A stretch of 64,000 nt of DNA, taken from Octopus vulgaris (lineage: Eukaryota). How positions within the stretch are numbered: the first letter of the stretch is position 1; each line of letters begins with the position of its first letter. The notes beneath the pieces were generated by a model. That model had not been told where the DNA came from and did not search any database. It saw only the letters and a program-made list of their open reading frames with translations. This document shows positions 23,710 through 37,950 of this stretch, in pieces. The translations under genes were made by a program, and so were the position numbers. The stretch covers positions 106,082,001 to 106,146,000 of the forward strand of contig OX597819.1 of the NCBI GenBank assembly GCA_951406725.2, read 5' to 3'.

Positions 23710-25389
23710 TGTGCACGTGTGTATGTTTGAGTGTTTGTTTTCGGGATAATGATGAGTGCGGGCATGTATGAATGTACGCTAAACTTTATAGTAATCTTAG
23801 TCTTAATCTTATAAATTTCATCAAGGTTTTAATATTTCCGTCTGAATGTTATCGAAAACATTTTTAAACCTCTTCAAGATGATGTCATCTTCATGTGCGC
23901 TAATACTTTTTCATAATAGACAAGGCCAATGTCATTCATGCAGACATTATCTGAATTTGAAATTTGAAAGTTGACCTTTATACGTCAGATTACATACTTT
24001 AAATGGTTCATTTGTTAACTGTTTCTCTCATCGCACTGTGAATATACTGGGGCACGGCCTTGAAGCGTTTACTCGAAAGAGATTTATTCATCAGAAGTTA
24101 GATGTTTATTTTTGCTTGGGTCTAGGCTACATCGTCTCCGCATATATTTTAGCATTGAGCACCGTTATAATTGCTAATATCAGTAATATATAAATAAAAA
24201 GGTGAAGTAACCATGGGTTCTCATTTTGAGCTCATGTTCGCGGTGTTCTACCTCTCCACAAAAAAAAAGTGAAGTGCTATGAATACATAAACATATGATA
24301 TGCATTAAGAATGTGGGCAATATACTCGTCAGAGTGGGTAGACCGGAAGACCTCGTGATTAAAATTAAGTCTAGAAATTGATTCAGACCGAATATCTCAC
24401 CATCCAGAAGAGTAGAAATAGAACTAGGCAATTACAATAGCGTAATATTTACATCTAAACATACAGAAAAAAAAAGATTATGCATACATACGCCATTCAT
24501 TGACACGAATGACACATTCGAATAAATTTCATGTAGACAGTCTACACAACGAAATGTCCGTAGTAAAATCTTAACATAAAGAACAAACTAGATTAGCTCA
24601 AAAATCCACAGAAGGAAACAAACATTAAACAACTGTTATTCTAACAAACAAATAGACCAAGCTTAGAACACTATAGGAAGAAATACAACGAAACAAAAAC
24701 ATCAGTCAGCAAATCTATTAAAAATACATAAGCTACATATAAAGTGTATATTATACGAGTGAAATACAAAGTATAGAATACATTAATTTATTATTAAAAA
24801 GACCATGAAATAAAACACAAAATACATTGTAATAAACTAAATAAACTACAACAACGCTAAAATTATGACTGTTTTGCTCTGTAACAAACGAAAATTATGT
24901 AAATCGGTGAATCAGTCGCAAATGACAAATGTGATTTATAAGTTCTATTGTAAACGGAAAAAGGTGTAAACTTTGTTGCTGTAACTTTATATTAACCATC
25001 TAAGCATGACACGCCACTCCGCCTGTTCGCTTATATCAAGGAACAATTGTATTGCTTTAGTATTTTTACAACAAACAGCACAAAATAAAATTAGATAGTA
25101 AAACTTTAGTTGAAAGGACATTTGAATTCTGTAGAATTCGCACAAGAGACGATTAATAATAGCAGTAATACTAACCAAAATACACAGCAGAATGATAAAT
25201 TAAACACAGACAAAACACACATGTTACAAATAGAAAAATAACTTCTGACAGGTTACATCTGAATCTAAAGTCTAACGATCATAAAGAAGTATACTCCCAC
25301 ACACATACATATGCATACTCACTGACATACACTGGCATGCACTTCCATCCACCCATCCATATTATTACAATATATATTATTACAATATG

Positions 25390-25427
<38 letters not shown>

Positions 25428-25484
25428 TATATATATACATAAATGCATATATATATACATACATACATGCATACATACATACAT

Positions 25485-25546
<62 letters not shown>

Positions 25547-25687
25547 ATACATACACATAATACATACCGACACGTACGCACGCGCACGCACGCGCGCGCG
25601 CAAATAAACAGCAAATGTAAGCATTCAGAGAATGTGAGTGGATTTGATAGACAGAAACTGAAAAACCCCGTCGTATATATGCATATG

Positions 25688-25728
<41 letters not shown>

Positions 25729-26003
25729 CTGTGTGTATTCCATGTTTTTTCTTTAATTATTTAATTATTTAATTTCTGTAAAGAAGGAACAGGTTTCTAA
25801 AATGTCTTTGTGCTGCAATATAGATAACAAGGCAAATTCACACTTGGAACTTTTGCGCATGGTTTTTTAAAATATATTAATATGTTTACTACCATTTTCA
25901 TGTTTGTGTATGAGTCTGTTTTTCTGCTTGAAAGAGAAACTAATCATCATAAACCATTATTTATCATATTTTGTTTCGAAGAAAATTATTTTATTTACCA
26001 TAC

Positions 26004-26052
26004 CTGTTCCTTGGAATCTGTCTCTATTTCTTACATATTATTCTCTCAATAC
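26004..26052 (-). other. Candidate 49-nt non-coding (UTR/lncRNA) exon
   Basis: The minus strand reads tttctttacag|GTATTGAG...GGAACAG|gtatgg, with good acceptor and donor sites. All three frames contain stops. Confidence 0.35.
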
Positions 26053-26519
26053 CTGTAAAGAAAGTAAACATCAAATATGAAATGCCACTTAGTCTTCCAT
26101 ACTGAGCAAATCTATGGCATACAACATAAATATCCTATCGTTATAAGGTCCTAAGATATAAGAAAACATACACTTCTTTCAGATATATATATTTTTACAG
26201 AGGAAATGATGTGTATTGAAATTTGTTTAAAAGGATGGTGTCAGGTTTTACCTCGCTCAGGAAACAGTAAAATTAGACAGCTGAAATTTCCAATTTTAGA
26301 ATAGACTTTTCCACCTGCATCTGAATATGGTCTGCAAAACCTGTATCTATTATCGTTTTACAGATTTTATCTTTTACCATTCCTCTTGGTGACGTGAATC
26401 CGATTCACTGGTAAATTGTTCCACTTTCCAACCCATAATCAAATGTTATTACAGAACCTTAGATTGACACATTAACTCTTAGTATTCCATCACCGATCAG
26501 TATGGAAAATGCTTATCTA

Positions 26520-26894
26520 TCTATATATATATAAAGCTGAAGTTGTCTGTGTATGGCAGGTTTGGTATCCTTCAACTAACACTATCTCCTCCGAGACCCT
26601 GCGGCGCAAGCTGACCAAAATTGAGAGTATGGTAGAAGAAGGCTTGCTCTTCCTTCCGTAGAGGAAAAACTTCAAATCGGACCATGTTAACACCAAAAAT
26701 TATTTACATCAAAAGCGTGTTTTTTTTCTATGAAAATCCATATTTTTTACGATATTTTGACTGCTGTGTCGCCATTTTTCGGTGTATTTCAACCAGAAAA
26801 ATGTTCAAGATACATAATGCAAATTTTAACTTTTCAAAAATTTCAATTTTAAAGTGTCGAAACAAACCCGAGCAACGCCGGGCGATACTGCTGG
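26520..26894 (+). mobile_element. Complete non-autonomous Helitron (~375 bp)
   Basis: 5' A|TCTATATATATATAAAG and 3' AAACCCGAGCAACGCCGGGCGATACTGCTGG|T (hairpin + CTRR). It is inserted between A and T with no TSD. Confidence 0.85.
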
Positions 26895-27993
26895 TATCAG
26901 TATAAGAGAAAGAAAGCAGTTCTCAGGATGCAGTAGAAAGAACCTCTTGCCGATTATGTAGCAAGAGAAATGTGAGAAGCTAGAAGCAAGAAGACAATAG
27001 GCGCAGGGATCTTTTGATCATCACTGCCAACGTGCTATGAAGAACCGGTTATGGTTCAATACCACAAGTTCTAGTGATCGATAGACAACGGAGGCGGCTA
27101 CACTCGGGCACCGCTTTGAAAGGTTTAGTCAAACAAATAGAATCGTGAGATTATTTTCTAACTATTGTATTTATTCAATCAATATTTTTTACCAAATCAC
27201 AACGCTATGGCGACGTAAACAAATCAACACTGGTTGGGAAGCACTTGGTAGGGGACAAGCAGAAAAAATACACATAGACATTCATATATACAGGGTGCGA
27301 TGGGTAAATTGTCAGTATATATATATATTTTAAATCTCCAACATGGGCATTGCTTGTTTTTGATTTTGTCCAAGCTTGTTCCTCCAGCGTTCGCCACCTC
27401 ACCTCGTTATGGCTCAGCAACCCTTACTGTTTGTATTCTTTGTCCTGTTTTAGTTACCCTCCATAAATCCCAAATTCGATATAATTTGCTTTGCGGGAGC
27501 AACTGTTTTGTCGAAGGCGCATCTTGTCGTAATTGTTCAAAATGCGGAGAAGATAAAACAGTCGAAAACTGATGAAGGATATTTCTTTATGCTACTTGTC
27601 TAGTTTTCCATTTGTTTCTTCCGTTGTTCGCAAAAACAAGTTCGCATTCCATGTTTTCGTACTTCGTATTTCATGTTGTTTACGTTCTATGAGGTACTGT
27701 ACCCATATATGCGTATGTATATACAAGTACATGTAAGTATGTGCATAGAGGTGTGTATAAATGCATATATATATATATCATTTATATTATTATGATTGAA
27801 CGCCACGAATACGTTTCCAAGTAAATTTTATTTTACACACACAGACACACACACACACACATTAAAAGCATGAGATATGCCAGTTCCACTGAAATTCATT
27901 TTAGTATATTTGCATGAAGATGCACTAACCATCATGTCCTCACCCAAATGACAACGAAATTGCGCGATCTTTATAATACCATGTTTGTGCTAG

Positions 27994-28079
<86 letters not shown>

Positions 28080-28589
28080 ACTATCTATTTATCACTGTAT
28101 TTATACATTATATATGACTCAATGAAACAAAATATGAGCTAGGTTTTCTGTATGGCAGCACTGTCTCCGAAAGAATTTATTAACAAAATACAGTGAGATT
28201 CCATTCTATGGCTACATTAGAGATTTATTCTTTCCGTTAATATATTTTGCATAGAAATCAGTCATAGCCAGAAGCAATTTCAAAATAATTGTAGACCACT
28301 GTCAGCATTTAAATACTTCCATTTAGGAGATTGTAATTAATGTGTCTTATGCAATTCATGTCTATTTAAATGTGCGAGTATTTACAAAAGCTTTTGTTAC
28401 ATACATATGTGAGTGCATGCGTGCGTTCGTGTGAGATGGCTGGTTATGAGCAAGGAAGAAAGCCGATGTGTGTATCTCTGTATATACGTATGTATTTTTG
28501 TGTAAATCTATGTGTGAATGTATATATACATACAAATACACACACACTCACATATATATATATATATAAGTGCGTATGCGTGTTTACAT

Positions 28590-28990
28590 CCTTTAATTAT
28601 TTTACTTGTTTCAGACATCAGACTATGGCCAAGGTATGACATGGCCTTAAAGAATTTTAGCCGAAGGAATCGATCCCAGCACTTGTTTTGTTTCAAGTAC
28701 TGGTACTTATTCTGTCGGTCTCTTACGGGGGTATAATCGCACCAACACCGGCTGTTATGTACAGACGCAAACGCAAACATACACAGACACACACTTTGAT
28801 TTGTATGTATATATATATATGCAAAATACACATACTACGGGCTTCTTTGAGTTCCCGTCAGCCAAATCCACTTTGAACAGCTCGAGGCTTTAGTAGAAAA
28901 CATTCAGCCAAGATACCACGCAGTGGGACTGAACATGGCACCATGTGGTTGGGAGGCAAACTTCTTATCACACAGATATGCCTGCGCCAC
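28590..28990 (-). mobile_element. Decayed full-length SINE family B
   Basis: It is colinear with the reverse complement of 13621-13966 (tail TTACTTGTTTCAG...; head CCACGCAGTGGGACTGAAC...CCTGCGCC). Confidence 0.8.
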
Positions 28991-29185
28991 CTGTATATGT
29001 TATTTAAGAATAATAACTGAGTATTTACAAAGCGACGTACTCAACAGAGATTGTACAGACATATTTGCTATAAACTTCCTGTTGGCCGCAATTTTGCACC
29101 CTGTATACAACATTGTAAAGACTGTTACAAAGAAATTGGAGTCTGAGTTAACAAGAATTTTTTAATCTATCTATCTGTCTCTCTG

Positions 29186-29288
<103 letters not shown>

Positions 29289-29349
29289 GTGTGTCTCACA
29301 TGTTTTTCTATCTGTCAGTCTATTTACCCATCTTTCTCTCTCTTTTTGT

Positions 29350-29395
<46 letters not shown>

Positions 29396-29529
29396 TAAAA
29401 CAGTTTAGAGAAGAAGAAGAAACGAAACGAAACCAACCGAATCGAATCGAATCGACGCGAAGGCGCTCAGTCATACAATAGTGTAATAAATAAAATATAT
29501 GCATACATACAAACATATATGTACGTACC

Positions 29530-29616
<87 letters not shown>

Positions 29617-30088
29617 ATTAAATTCATGTGGTTGACGTTATCAGCAAAATATCTAATATTTGTGCCCTGGCATGATTGTGTTTGAAGCATGGAAACCAGA
29701 AGTGGAACACAAAGAAAGCTAAAAGTACCGAAGTCTTTACAATTGTCAGAAGTTCAATTAATTAAAACATTTATATCAACCACAACGCATAGCAAATTAC
29801 AATGGAATTTTCCAATACTTCTTAACGCTTAATCGATTGATTAATTATTTCAGCATGATCGATCAAAAAAAAAATTAAATTAAAATTAAGATATTATTGC
29901 TTTTCTTATCCATTCTCGGTGCGGTGTTAAAGAATATTTTGTCAGATAAGTCATCTGATCGGAAAATTTATGTAGTTATTTCTTACTTATTTACCGTCTC
30001 TACCGCTTTCTATGCTTCATTGCTCTTCGTGTGTCTGTCTATTTCTCTCTTCCTCTCTGCCTATTATCTGCATGTGTATGTGCGTGTG

Positions 30089-30201
<113 letters not shown>

Positions 30202-30204
30202 TAT

Positions 30205-30408
30205 TCTTTTATTTGTTTCAGTGATTTGAGTGCACCCATGCTGGAGCACCGCCTTTAGTCGAGCAAATCGACTCCAGAACTTTTTTATTAGTAAGCCTTC
30301 TACTTATTCTATCGGTGACTTTTGCCGAACCGCTGGTTTACGGGGACGTAAACACACCAGCATCGGTTGTCAAGCGATGTTGGGAGACAAAAACAGACCC
30401 ACACAAAT

Positions 30409-30500
<92 letters not shown>

Positions 30501-30630
30501 TCGACGGACTTCTTTCAGTTTCCGTCTGGTAAATCCACTTACAAGGCTTTGGTCAGTACCACGCAGTGCGACTGAACCTGGAACCATGTGGTTGGGAGGT
30601 AAGCTTCTTATCACACAGCTACACCTGCAC
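30205..30630 (-). mobile_element. SINE family B with internal (CA)n
   Basis: CCATGCTGGAGCACCGCCTTTAGTCGAGC...CTTCTTTCAGTTTCCGTC...GGAACCATGTGGTTGG. Confidence 0.9.
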
Positions 30631-30666
30631 CCATTTATATATATATATATGTGTGTGTGTGTGTAT

Positions 30667-31466
30667 AATCTTTTTTCTCGCTCCTTTGCGCCACATGGGC
30701 TCAACTCACCTCCCCTTGGCTCTCTCTACCTCCCTCCTACTTCCTCCCATCCACCTCTCCTGTATTGCTCCTACTTCTCTTCACTCCTAGTACTCTTCAC
30801 CCCTACTCTCTTTCTCTCTTCTCTCATACGTACCTTCCCTTCCCCCTTCATCGTCAACCTTCTCCCATAAGCCCACCCCAACTCTACACATTCCTACCCC
30901 ACCTTTCCTATCATTCCCATCACATCGCTTACACCCTCTCCCACATACCCCACCTCTACCCCCATCCTCTGCTAGCCCACAGCCTAACCCACACCCACCT
31001 GTATTTTACCCACACCATCACACCACACCACACTACACCATACCACACAATACATCACATCACAACACACCACCACGCATACACCAGCACTGACCAATTC
31101 CTATCCCCACATTTTCATACCTACACATACACACACCCACACGTCAGGATCACCAGCCCTCTTTCACACGCACATACGTACTCTCTTACACACATGCGCT
31201 CTTTCGTTTTGAGATCACTACTTCTTTGATACTTCCCCTACTTCTTAGCTCTCCTGTGTGACCCTTCTGTCCAGCATTCACCGTGAAAAATCGGTAGCCA
31301 CTACACACATTTTATTCTCTCCTTGTTTCTTTCTGTATTCCTTTCTGTGGAAAAGCGTAGGCTCGAAACGTTAAATACTTTTTCAATTCCCGAGCGTTAA
31401 ACTAATACATCTGTTTATTTTCTACACCACCTGTCTTCGTCTTTTGTTTTTTTTTTCATGAATTCT

Positions 31467-31470
<4 letters not shown>
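30667..31470 (+). mobile_element. 3' end/terminal repeat of a Penelope-like element (family C)
   Basis: It starts with ...[10 protein letters not shown], resembling the 'L.TL.P.GLN' end of PLE GIY-YIG proteins. A C/A-rich tract follows, then the hammerhead-like motif CTGTGGAAAAGCGTAGGCTCGAAACGTT at 31345. Confidence 0.65.
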
Positions 31471-31517
<47 letters not shown>

Positions 31518-32246
31518 CATATGTGTGTGTGTGTATATATATCATATGTGTACATATAAAATTATATATACACACCTACATATATATATATAATGTGTAC
31601 TGAGTATGTATACACTCTATATAATGTCTATATGTATCCGAGAGTGAGTTCCTGAGTGCAATTTACTTTAAAGTGGCTATTTTGATTTTATTGCTTTTAC
31701 GCTATTACTTTTATTTTTTTGGCATAATTCTCTTGTAGTTTCTTGAATACACCACCGTCGCAAAATTAATTCTCAATATTTCACTTCTTCCTCTTCGTTC
31801 ATAAAAGTTCACTTCTTATCTTAAAAATTATCCGATTATATCCTATGCTATGCTGTTATCTCGCTACAATAGAGACAGCCTGATTGTCGTAGACAATACA
31901 ATATTAACGACTTTCTTGTTTAAGTAAAATTAATTAATTAATCAATAAATCGATTAAACGTTCAAGAATAGGAGATATTTCAATGTAACTTGTAATAATT
32001 TTGTGTTAAATGGTTGATCGTAATGTTTCAAATAAATAGAAATCTAGCCAATTATAATGATTTAGCACTTTTAATGATACGTGTTTTGATTTCGGTCTTG
32101 CTATATGGTATTGTCGTATTTTAATTTCTTGTATCAGAGTTTGAATAATGTAATACTGGGGCACAACACTCTTCAATTTTTAAGCCATTATATCGACCAC
32201 AGAATTTTACCTGACAGGTTGCCAGTTCCATATGTACTTGTATATA

Positions 32247-33127
32247 CGGGGTCATCGAAAAAGGTTTCCGAGAGTTGAAAATGGAATAACTAAATCTGTA
32301 TTAAATGTATGCTATTTATTTATACACCAAAATACACAGGAAATCTTAAACTTTTTTTTACATTACTTAGTAGGTTTCGATATGAGCTTCTTTTGTTGCA
32401 CGGCAAACAACTAAGCGATAGTTGAACTCCCTACAGTTGCGCTGAATCATATCAGGACCCACAGTCGCTATCGCCACGGGGATTCTCTCTCTTAAATGTT
32501 GCAGATCCGGGATTTTATTTCTCGTAGACAATGTTCTTAAGATAACCTCAAAAGAAAACGTCCATAGAAGTTTATCACGGCTCCTAGATGATCACAAAGC
32601 AGGACCATTCCTTCCAATCCAACGGCCAAGGAATCTGTTATTGAGAGCTTGTCGCACATTGTGGCTGTAGTGAGCCGACGCTCCGTCCTGCTGCAAAATC
32701 ACACTTACTCCTTTTTCTCTTTCAATATCTGCAATTTGAGGGAATGCATAAATGTTCAATTCACTAGCGCCCTAATTGTGTTTTCTGAAAGGGCCGGCAT
32801 GAAAACATGAAAGGGCCGGCAACACGATCATGCAGGAGTCCACACCACATATTAACCTTGGGCGAATCCCGGATGTACTGGAAAACTTCATTGGGTGGCT
32901 GAGCTCCCCATATCCGGCTGTTATGACGGTAAACACAACCATTTATGTGGAATGTTGCTTCACCACTAAATAAAATTCTGTTAATATAACAATCATTGTC
33001 ATCCATTGCCATCAGTATCGTTAAAGCAAATTCATATACAGACCTACTTTGATTTCATACAGATCGCTTATTTGTAGCCAGTGGAATTGACAAATAAAAT
33101 CACGGAAACCTTTTTCGATGACCCCTG
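32247..33127 (-). mobile_element. Internally deleted Tc1/mariner element, DD41D (rosa)-like transposase remnant
   Basis: TIRs are GGGGTCATCGAAAAAGGTTTCCG / CGGAAACCTTTTTCGATGACCCC. The minus strand gives ILFSGEATFHINGCVYRHNSRIWG..SPKVNMWCGL and LQQDGASAHYSHNVRQALNNRFLGRWIGR. Confidence 0.9.
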
Positions 33128-33459
33128 TTGCTATGTCCTGCTATTATTTTTATTGTATTTATTATTGTATTTATTTGTGTAATTTTGTCCGTTTTTTTGC
33201 GTCCTTGTTTTTGTATACATTCGCTGCTTTCTTCCAAGAAATCTAATGCTCTAAGATTCGTTTTTCCTTTGGGCTGGCCAGATTGGAGCAATCTAAAGAA
33301 TAATCAGCCGAAATTGCGACGATAATCTGGTGTTTGACTGAGGATAGAGGGCTTCGAATGACACGTCCTTGTTGTTTTGTGTCGTCTATCTGGGTGTATT
33401 GTTGTTCCTTTTTTGTATCACCTAGCTGTCTGGATGTTTTGCGTTATTGTCCCATTTTG

Positions 33460-33513
<54 letters not shown>

Positions 33514-33696
33514 GATAGGGGTTGTAAATTCAACCCTCCATGGGATAACATTCTATTTCTATTTCTATGTCTTGTTATATTTGTAATATATTATGTATAA
33601 TATAATTGCTGTTGTGTAATGGTTTAATAAAGTATTGATTGGCTATTATCTGATGGTTGATGATTGATTTAGGTATGTTTCTCCATTTTCTCATTT

Positions 33697-33744
<48 letters not shown>

Positions 33745-34249
33745 CATACATATAAGATATAAATATATATATATGCATACACACACAAGCATATATATAC
33801 GTACATGTGTATGTGTGCAAATGTGCATGTATGTTTGTGCATCAGTGTGTGCCTGCATATATGTGTGTGTTTGTGTATATGCTGTTTACTGTCCCGTCAT
33901 TATTAGGTCCCACGAAAAGGTACTTCATCCAGTGAGATATATAGTTAATATACGCTGAATTGAAATATGAGCTCCTAATATATTCCTGGTGTGGAAATAG
34001 TAATTCGGCTGATTTATATATCATGTCTTTTGATTCTAAGAAATTATTCAAGATCGAATTCACAGCATACCTGGTTTTATTTGAACATCCGAGTAAGGAC
34101 GTTGGTATATGAGAAAACATGAGAGAAAAGAGAAAGGTGAATGCAAATTTGGAATGAAAAAGAACTGGACGAGAAAATAAAAGACATATAAATAAACGAA
34201 AGAAAAGAAAACACAGGAGCTGTTTTTCATTTGACAGTCGGAATCATGA

Positions 34250-35050
34250 TTAATATAGCAGGTGTAGAATAGTTCAACTATGAGAAAACCAAATTCTGAG
34301 AGATAGCATGCCTTATCCGGAAAGGGTGGTGTAATCTAGTTCGACAAAAGAAATTTGCTCATGTGCTTGCAATTGCTAAAAGTTTTAGATCAGGAATTAG
34401 ATAGTTTGGCAAATTCTTGGATCTGAAAGGAACGTTACATCTTTCGGCTACCCATAACTTGCATCTCTTTGATCGATTTATATATGGTGTGAATTTCTAG
34501 GCTTGAATGTATATCGTGTGCTGACTGTCTTCAGACCCCTAAATTGGCTAGCCATATTTTATGGCTTAATTCTTGTCCATATGTTGGAAAGAAAACTTGT
34601 GGTTTGTGCACCTGTTTCTAAAATTGGAATAAAATTCTGGGCACTGACAAATGCCAGCAATAATTCAGAGCATCAGGTTAAGGAGCGATGGCAGTAATCA
34701 CCACTATAGATATTTAAACTCTGTACGTAGAATAAAGTTACTCTCAAAATAGTTCCATTAAGGAAAATTTTCCTCTTGTGGTTCAGTCAGTCAGATACAA
34801 CAATCGTCCGCGAAAGAACGACAATATCAAAGCTTCAATACATAAGATTCTATAGTTTTCAAACCCAAGGTGTATTGATCTCCTCCGTGATTTTCTGCCT
34901 CAAAATAAGACGTATGTCTATACATTGTGGGAATAGATTAAAATTGGGCCACGGCCAAGTTCCTGTACATTGGTTTAAATTTTAAGTGATCTTATCCTAG
35001 TTTTTCTATCACCTATGTGTTGTCGATAACCGTTTAATTGGTGATATGCC
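34250..35050 (-). pseudogene. Heavily decayed Penelope-like RT/thumb fragment
   Basis: Minus-strand pieces PMYRNLAVAQF, YCRSFADDCCI and STRYTFKPRN lie in the order expected for the PLE RT C-terminus. There are many stops and frameshifts. Confidence 0.4.
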
Positions 35051-35328
35051 TGCTTGGCTTAAGGTACCTCTCGTCACACATACGGCGTAGTATACTGTAA
35101 AGATTCCAGATGAGTAGGTTAAACTATCTTTATGTTAACATTTTGTGAATTTTTATACTAAAATCCGAACCTTCAAATAATTAATAGTTTCAGCATGCAT
35201 TTTTGAACTGTAGGTTTAAATGCAAAATTGTTTGTAGGTAGTTAAATTTTTGTTCTTTTTAATGACTTTTGTAATTCATTTGCTGGCTGATAAGAATTCC
35301 TCTCATTCTTAGATCGTATTTTAAAACT

Positions 35329-35686
35329 AACAAGCGTACTTAGAGAGCGCAAACCTCCACCAAGGCAACCCCAGCATCCTCTCAACGATTACCCAGGGAT
35401 GATTATTAAAATGAGAATATCTGCACTCACAAACAAGAATACTAAAAATGAACCTGACCGCTCTCAAAAATTAAGTAAAACAAACGAGAAAATAATCCAG
35501 AATCCTTGTCCGGTATCGGGTCGTTTCCAAAATCTAATGAATTCGTGCCAGTCACCAGGCCAAACATCCCTGAAAGTTTCATTCCAATCCTTCCAGCTGT
35601 TCTTCAGGTAGCTTGTCCACGGATAAACAAACAAAGAAACACGACTGAAAACAGCACCTCCGCCTTCGCTATGGCGTAGGTAATAA
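35329..35686 (-). mobile_element. Helentron-associated non-autonomous element (HINE/DINE-1-like)
   Basis: The minus strand begins TTATTACCTACGCC...GGCGGAGGT plus a GTTT microsatellite and ends CCTTGGTGGAGGTTTGCGCTCTCTAAGTACGCTTGTT. This gives subterminal IRs, a 3' hairpin and T-rich flanks. Confidence 0.75.
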
Positions 35687-35719
35687 GTTTCGATGAATAA
35701 TATTAAATGCTTCAATATT

Positions 35720-37900
35720 GATAGACTTACATGTTAAAAGGTAAGATGGAGCGCTTGCAGTTTGTAAATCATAGATATCTGTTGCCTCTGCACACTCTGA
35801 TTAGTTATTTTAATGAGAGTGCATAACGTCTTTCAGTTAAACTACCTTTTTCTTCTGTTGGTCTTTCTCCTCAGGTTTCGTATTTGATATGAAAGTATAT
35901 ATTATTTCAGTTAGTTTGAACGGAATATTGGTTTTCCCATATTTCGGATGATATGAATTACAAAGAAAATATTGCCTCGTGTTTGTTGGCTTTTAATATA
36001 AATCTATCTCCAGCAGATTCAGAATTTTTTTATAACCCATATTTTTGTTAATAAAGTAATGTATCTTTGCTATACACTATAGTAAATTGGATATTATTCT
36101 TAGAACAGTTCACGAGTATCTTTAATTTCGGAAATTCTATCTAAGCCTTTTATTCTCTCTTTAGGTTAAAAACCATCATATAAATATCTTCTTCAATCTT
36201 TTAGTAAATGTAAAAAGTAATTTCCATATTTTGGCCTAGACTATCATATACTTTTATATCATTTCAGCACATCACAGCTAACTTGGTTCCGCTTGTTGTT
36301 CCAAGTGTTAGCCTGTATCTCTCCTGGTCAAAATTAAAGGTATTGGATGTAGAATCAGTTGAAGTTTTCAATAATATTTTTCCTATGTAGTTTGGTGATC
36401 TTTTACTCTTTTACTTGTTTCAGTCATTTGACTGCGGCCATGCTGGAGCACCGCCTTAAATCGAGCAACTCGACCCCGAGACTTATTCTTTGTAAGCCCA
36501 GTACTTATTCTAAGTACCGAACCGCTAAGTGACGGGGACGTAAACACACCAGCATCGGTTGTCAAGCAATGCTAGGGGGACAAACACAGACACACAAACA
36601 CACACACATACATATATATATATACATATATACGACAGGCTTCTTTCAGTTTCTGTCTACCAAATCCACTCACAAGGCATTGGTCGGCCCGGGGCTATAG
36701 CAGAAGACACTTGCCCAAGATGCCACGCAGTGGGACTGAACCCGGAACCATGTAGTTGGTTAGCAAGCTACTTACCACACAGCCACTCACCATTACTCTA
36801 ATTTCATATTGTTAATTCGCGTACTGTTAAGCACATCTAATGAAGCTATTAATGTTTCATCTTACGCCATACATAAAAGTTTATGAACAGACTTGGATAA
36901 GGTATTACTTATGAATCTCTGTATATGTTTCAAACATGGTTTCAGTAATATATCTAATGTTTTAATCAATCGATGGGTTTTACAGGAAGTACTTACCGCT
37001 ACTGGTCTTCATTTTAAAGGAACATTTAAAAACGGGTGTCAGTTATTTACATGCATCTCTTATAACATTACATTCGTAGATTTTTGGTAATCTACATTAC
37101 TTGTACCTGTTTAGATTACAAAAAAATTATTAGTCGCCTTTCTCATCGATTATGTCTTTACGGTATAAATTGATTGGAACAAGTCTTTAAGAACAGATGA
37201 CGCGATAATGATATTGCAGTCTGTATCCTTTATAATTATAACAATTACTTCATAAGTTTCTGTTCAATTCGGAATCAGTTTTCAATGATCTAATATTTTT
37301 CTGATTGTGTTGCTAAAATTAGAGCGTATACTACTTTTCCGGTAGAAAACCGAATGTAAAGTAAATTAAGTTCTCTATCCCTGTATATTGATGGATCATA
37401 TTTGCTTTCTTTTACTATAGATTCATCGTCGTCTTTATCAAACAATTTCCTTATGTGTTTTAATTTTTCGAAAAAATGTTAAAATTATCATTGCGATTCA
37501 AATTTGGTTCAGATGCTGTAAATTTATGATTCTTTGTGCGTTTGATTGTTCTTTTAACTATTTTCTTTTTATTAATATAGATTTGTTAGTTTTCTTTTCT
37601 TACATTTTGATTGTTCTATCCGGTAACCATGTTCATTTTGATGAATCTAAAAGTATCTATCAAAGTTTTAGATTGTTAGATATAATAACTTTGTATATTT
37701 GTCGTTGCGAGCACCAAAATTAAGTCGCTTTTGTTAGTATTTCAAAAATATGTTTTTCCTAAAATTCAATTGTTCTTCTCTCGTTGCAAAAACTGATTAA
37801 ATATTGATCCTTCTCTCCTGGGCAGTCATTGGTTTTCTTATTCTTTAGGTTTCAAATCTATATCAAGGTCATGTCGTGTTAATTTCAATATCTGCACGTC
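35720..37900 (-). pseudogene. Decayed Penelope-like element RT, interrupted by a SINE at 36400-36788
   Basis: The minus strand gives RPVAVSTSCKTHRLIKTLDILLKPCLKHI, TLIASLDV, NTFNFDQERYRLTLGTTSGTKLA, NIQFTIVYSK and KPTNTRQYFLCNSYHPKYGKTNIPFKL, which are PLE RT and thumb motifs in order. Ends are approximate. Confidence 0.8.
36400..36788 (-). mobile_element. Full-length, well-preserved SINE family B
   Basis: It is colinear with the reverse complement of 13621-13966 from the (TTTTACTC)n tail to the head CTACTTACCACACAGCCACTC. Confidence 0.9.
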
Positions 37901-37950
37901 TTCCGAACTTTTGACCATCATCTCGTACTGAATTTCTGTGTTTGAGACTT

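Noticed and set aside
27291-29104. TACAGGGTGC at 27289 and GCACCCTGTA at 29096 as TIRs of one element
   Set aside because: Only 10 bp match and the sequences diverge immediately. CAGGGTG ends are common to many Tc1/mariner families.
30765-31229. 154-aa His/Thr/Pro-rich ORF
   Set aside because: It is the low-complexity C/A-rich tract of a PLE terminal region, with no domain signature.
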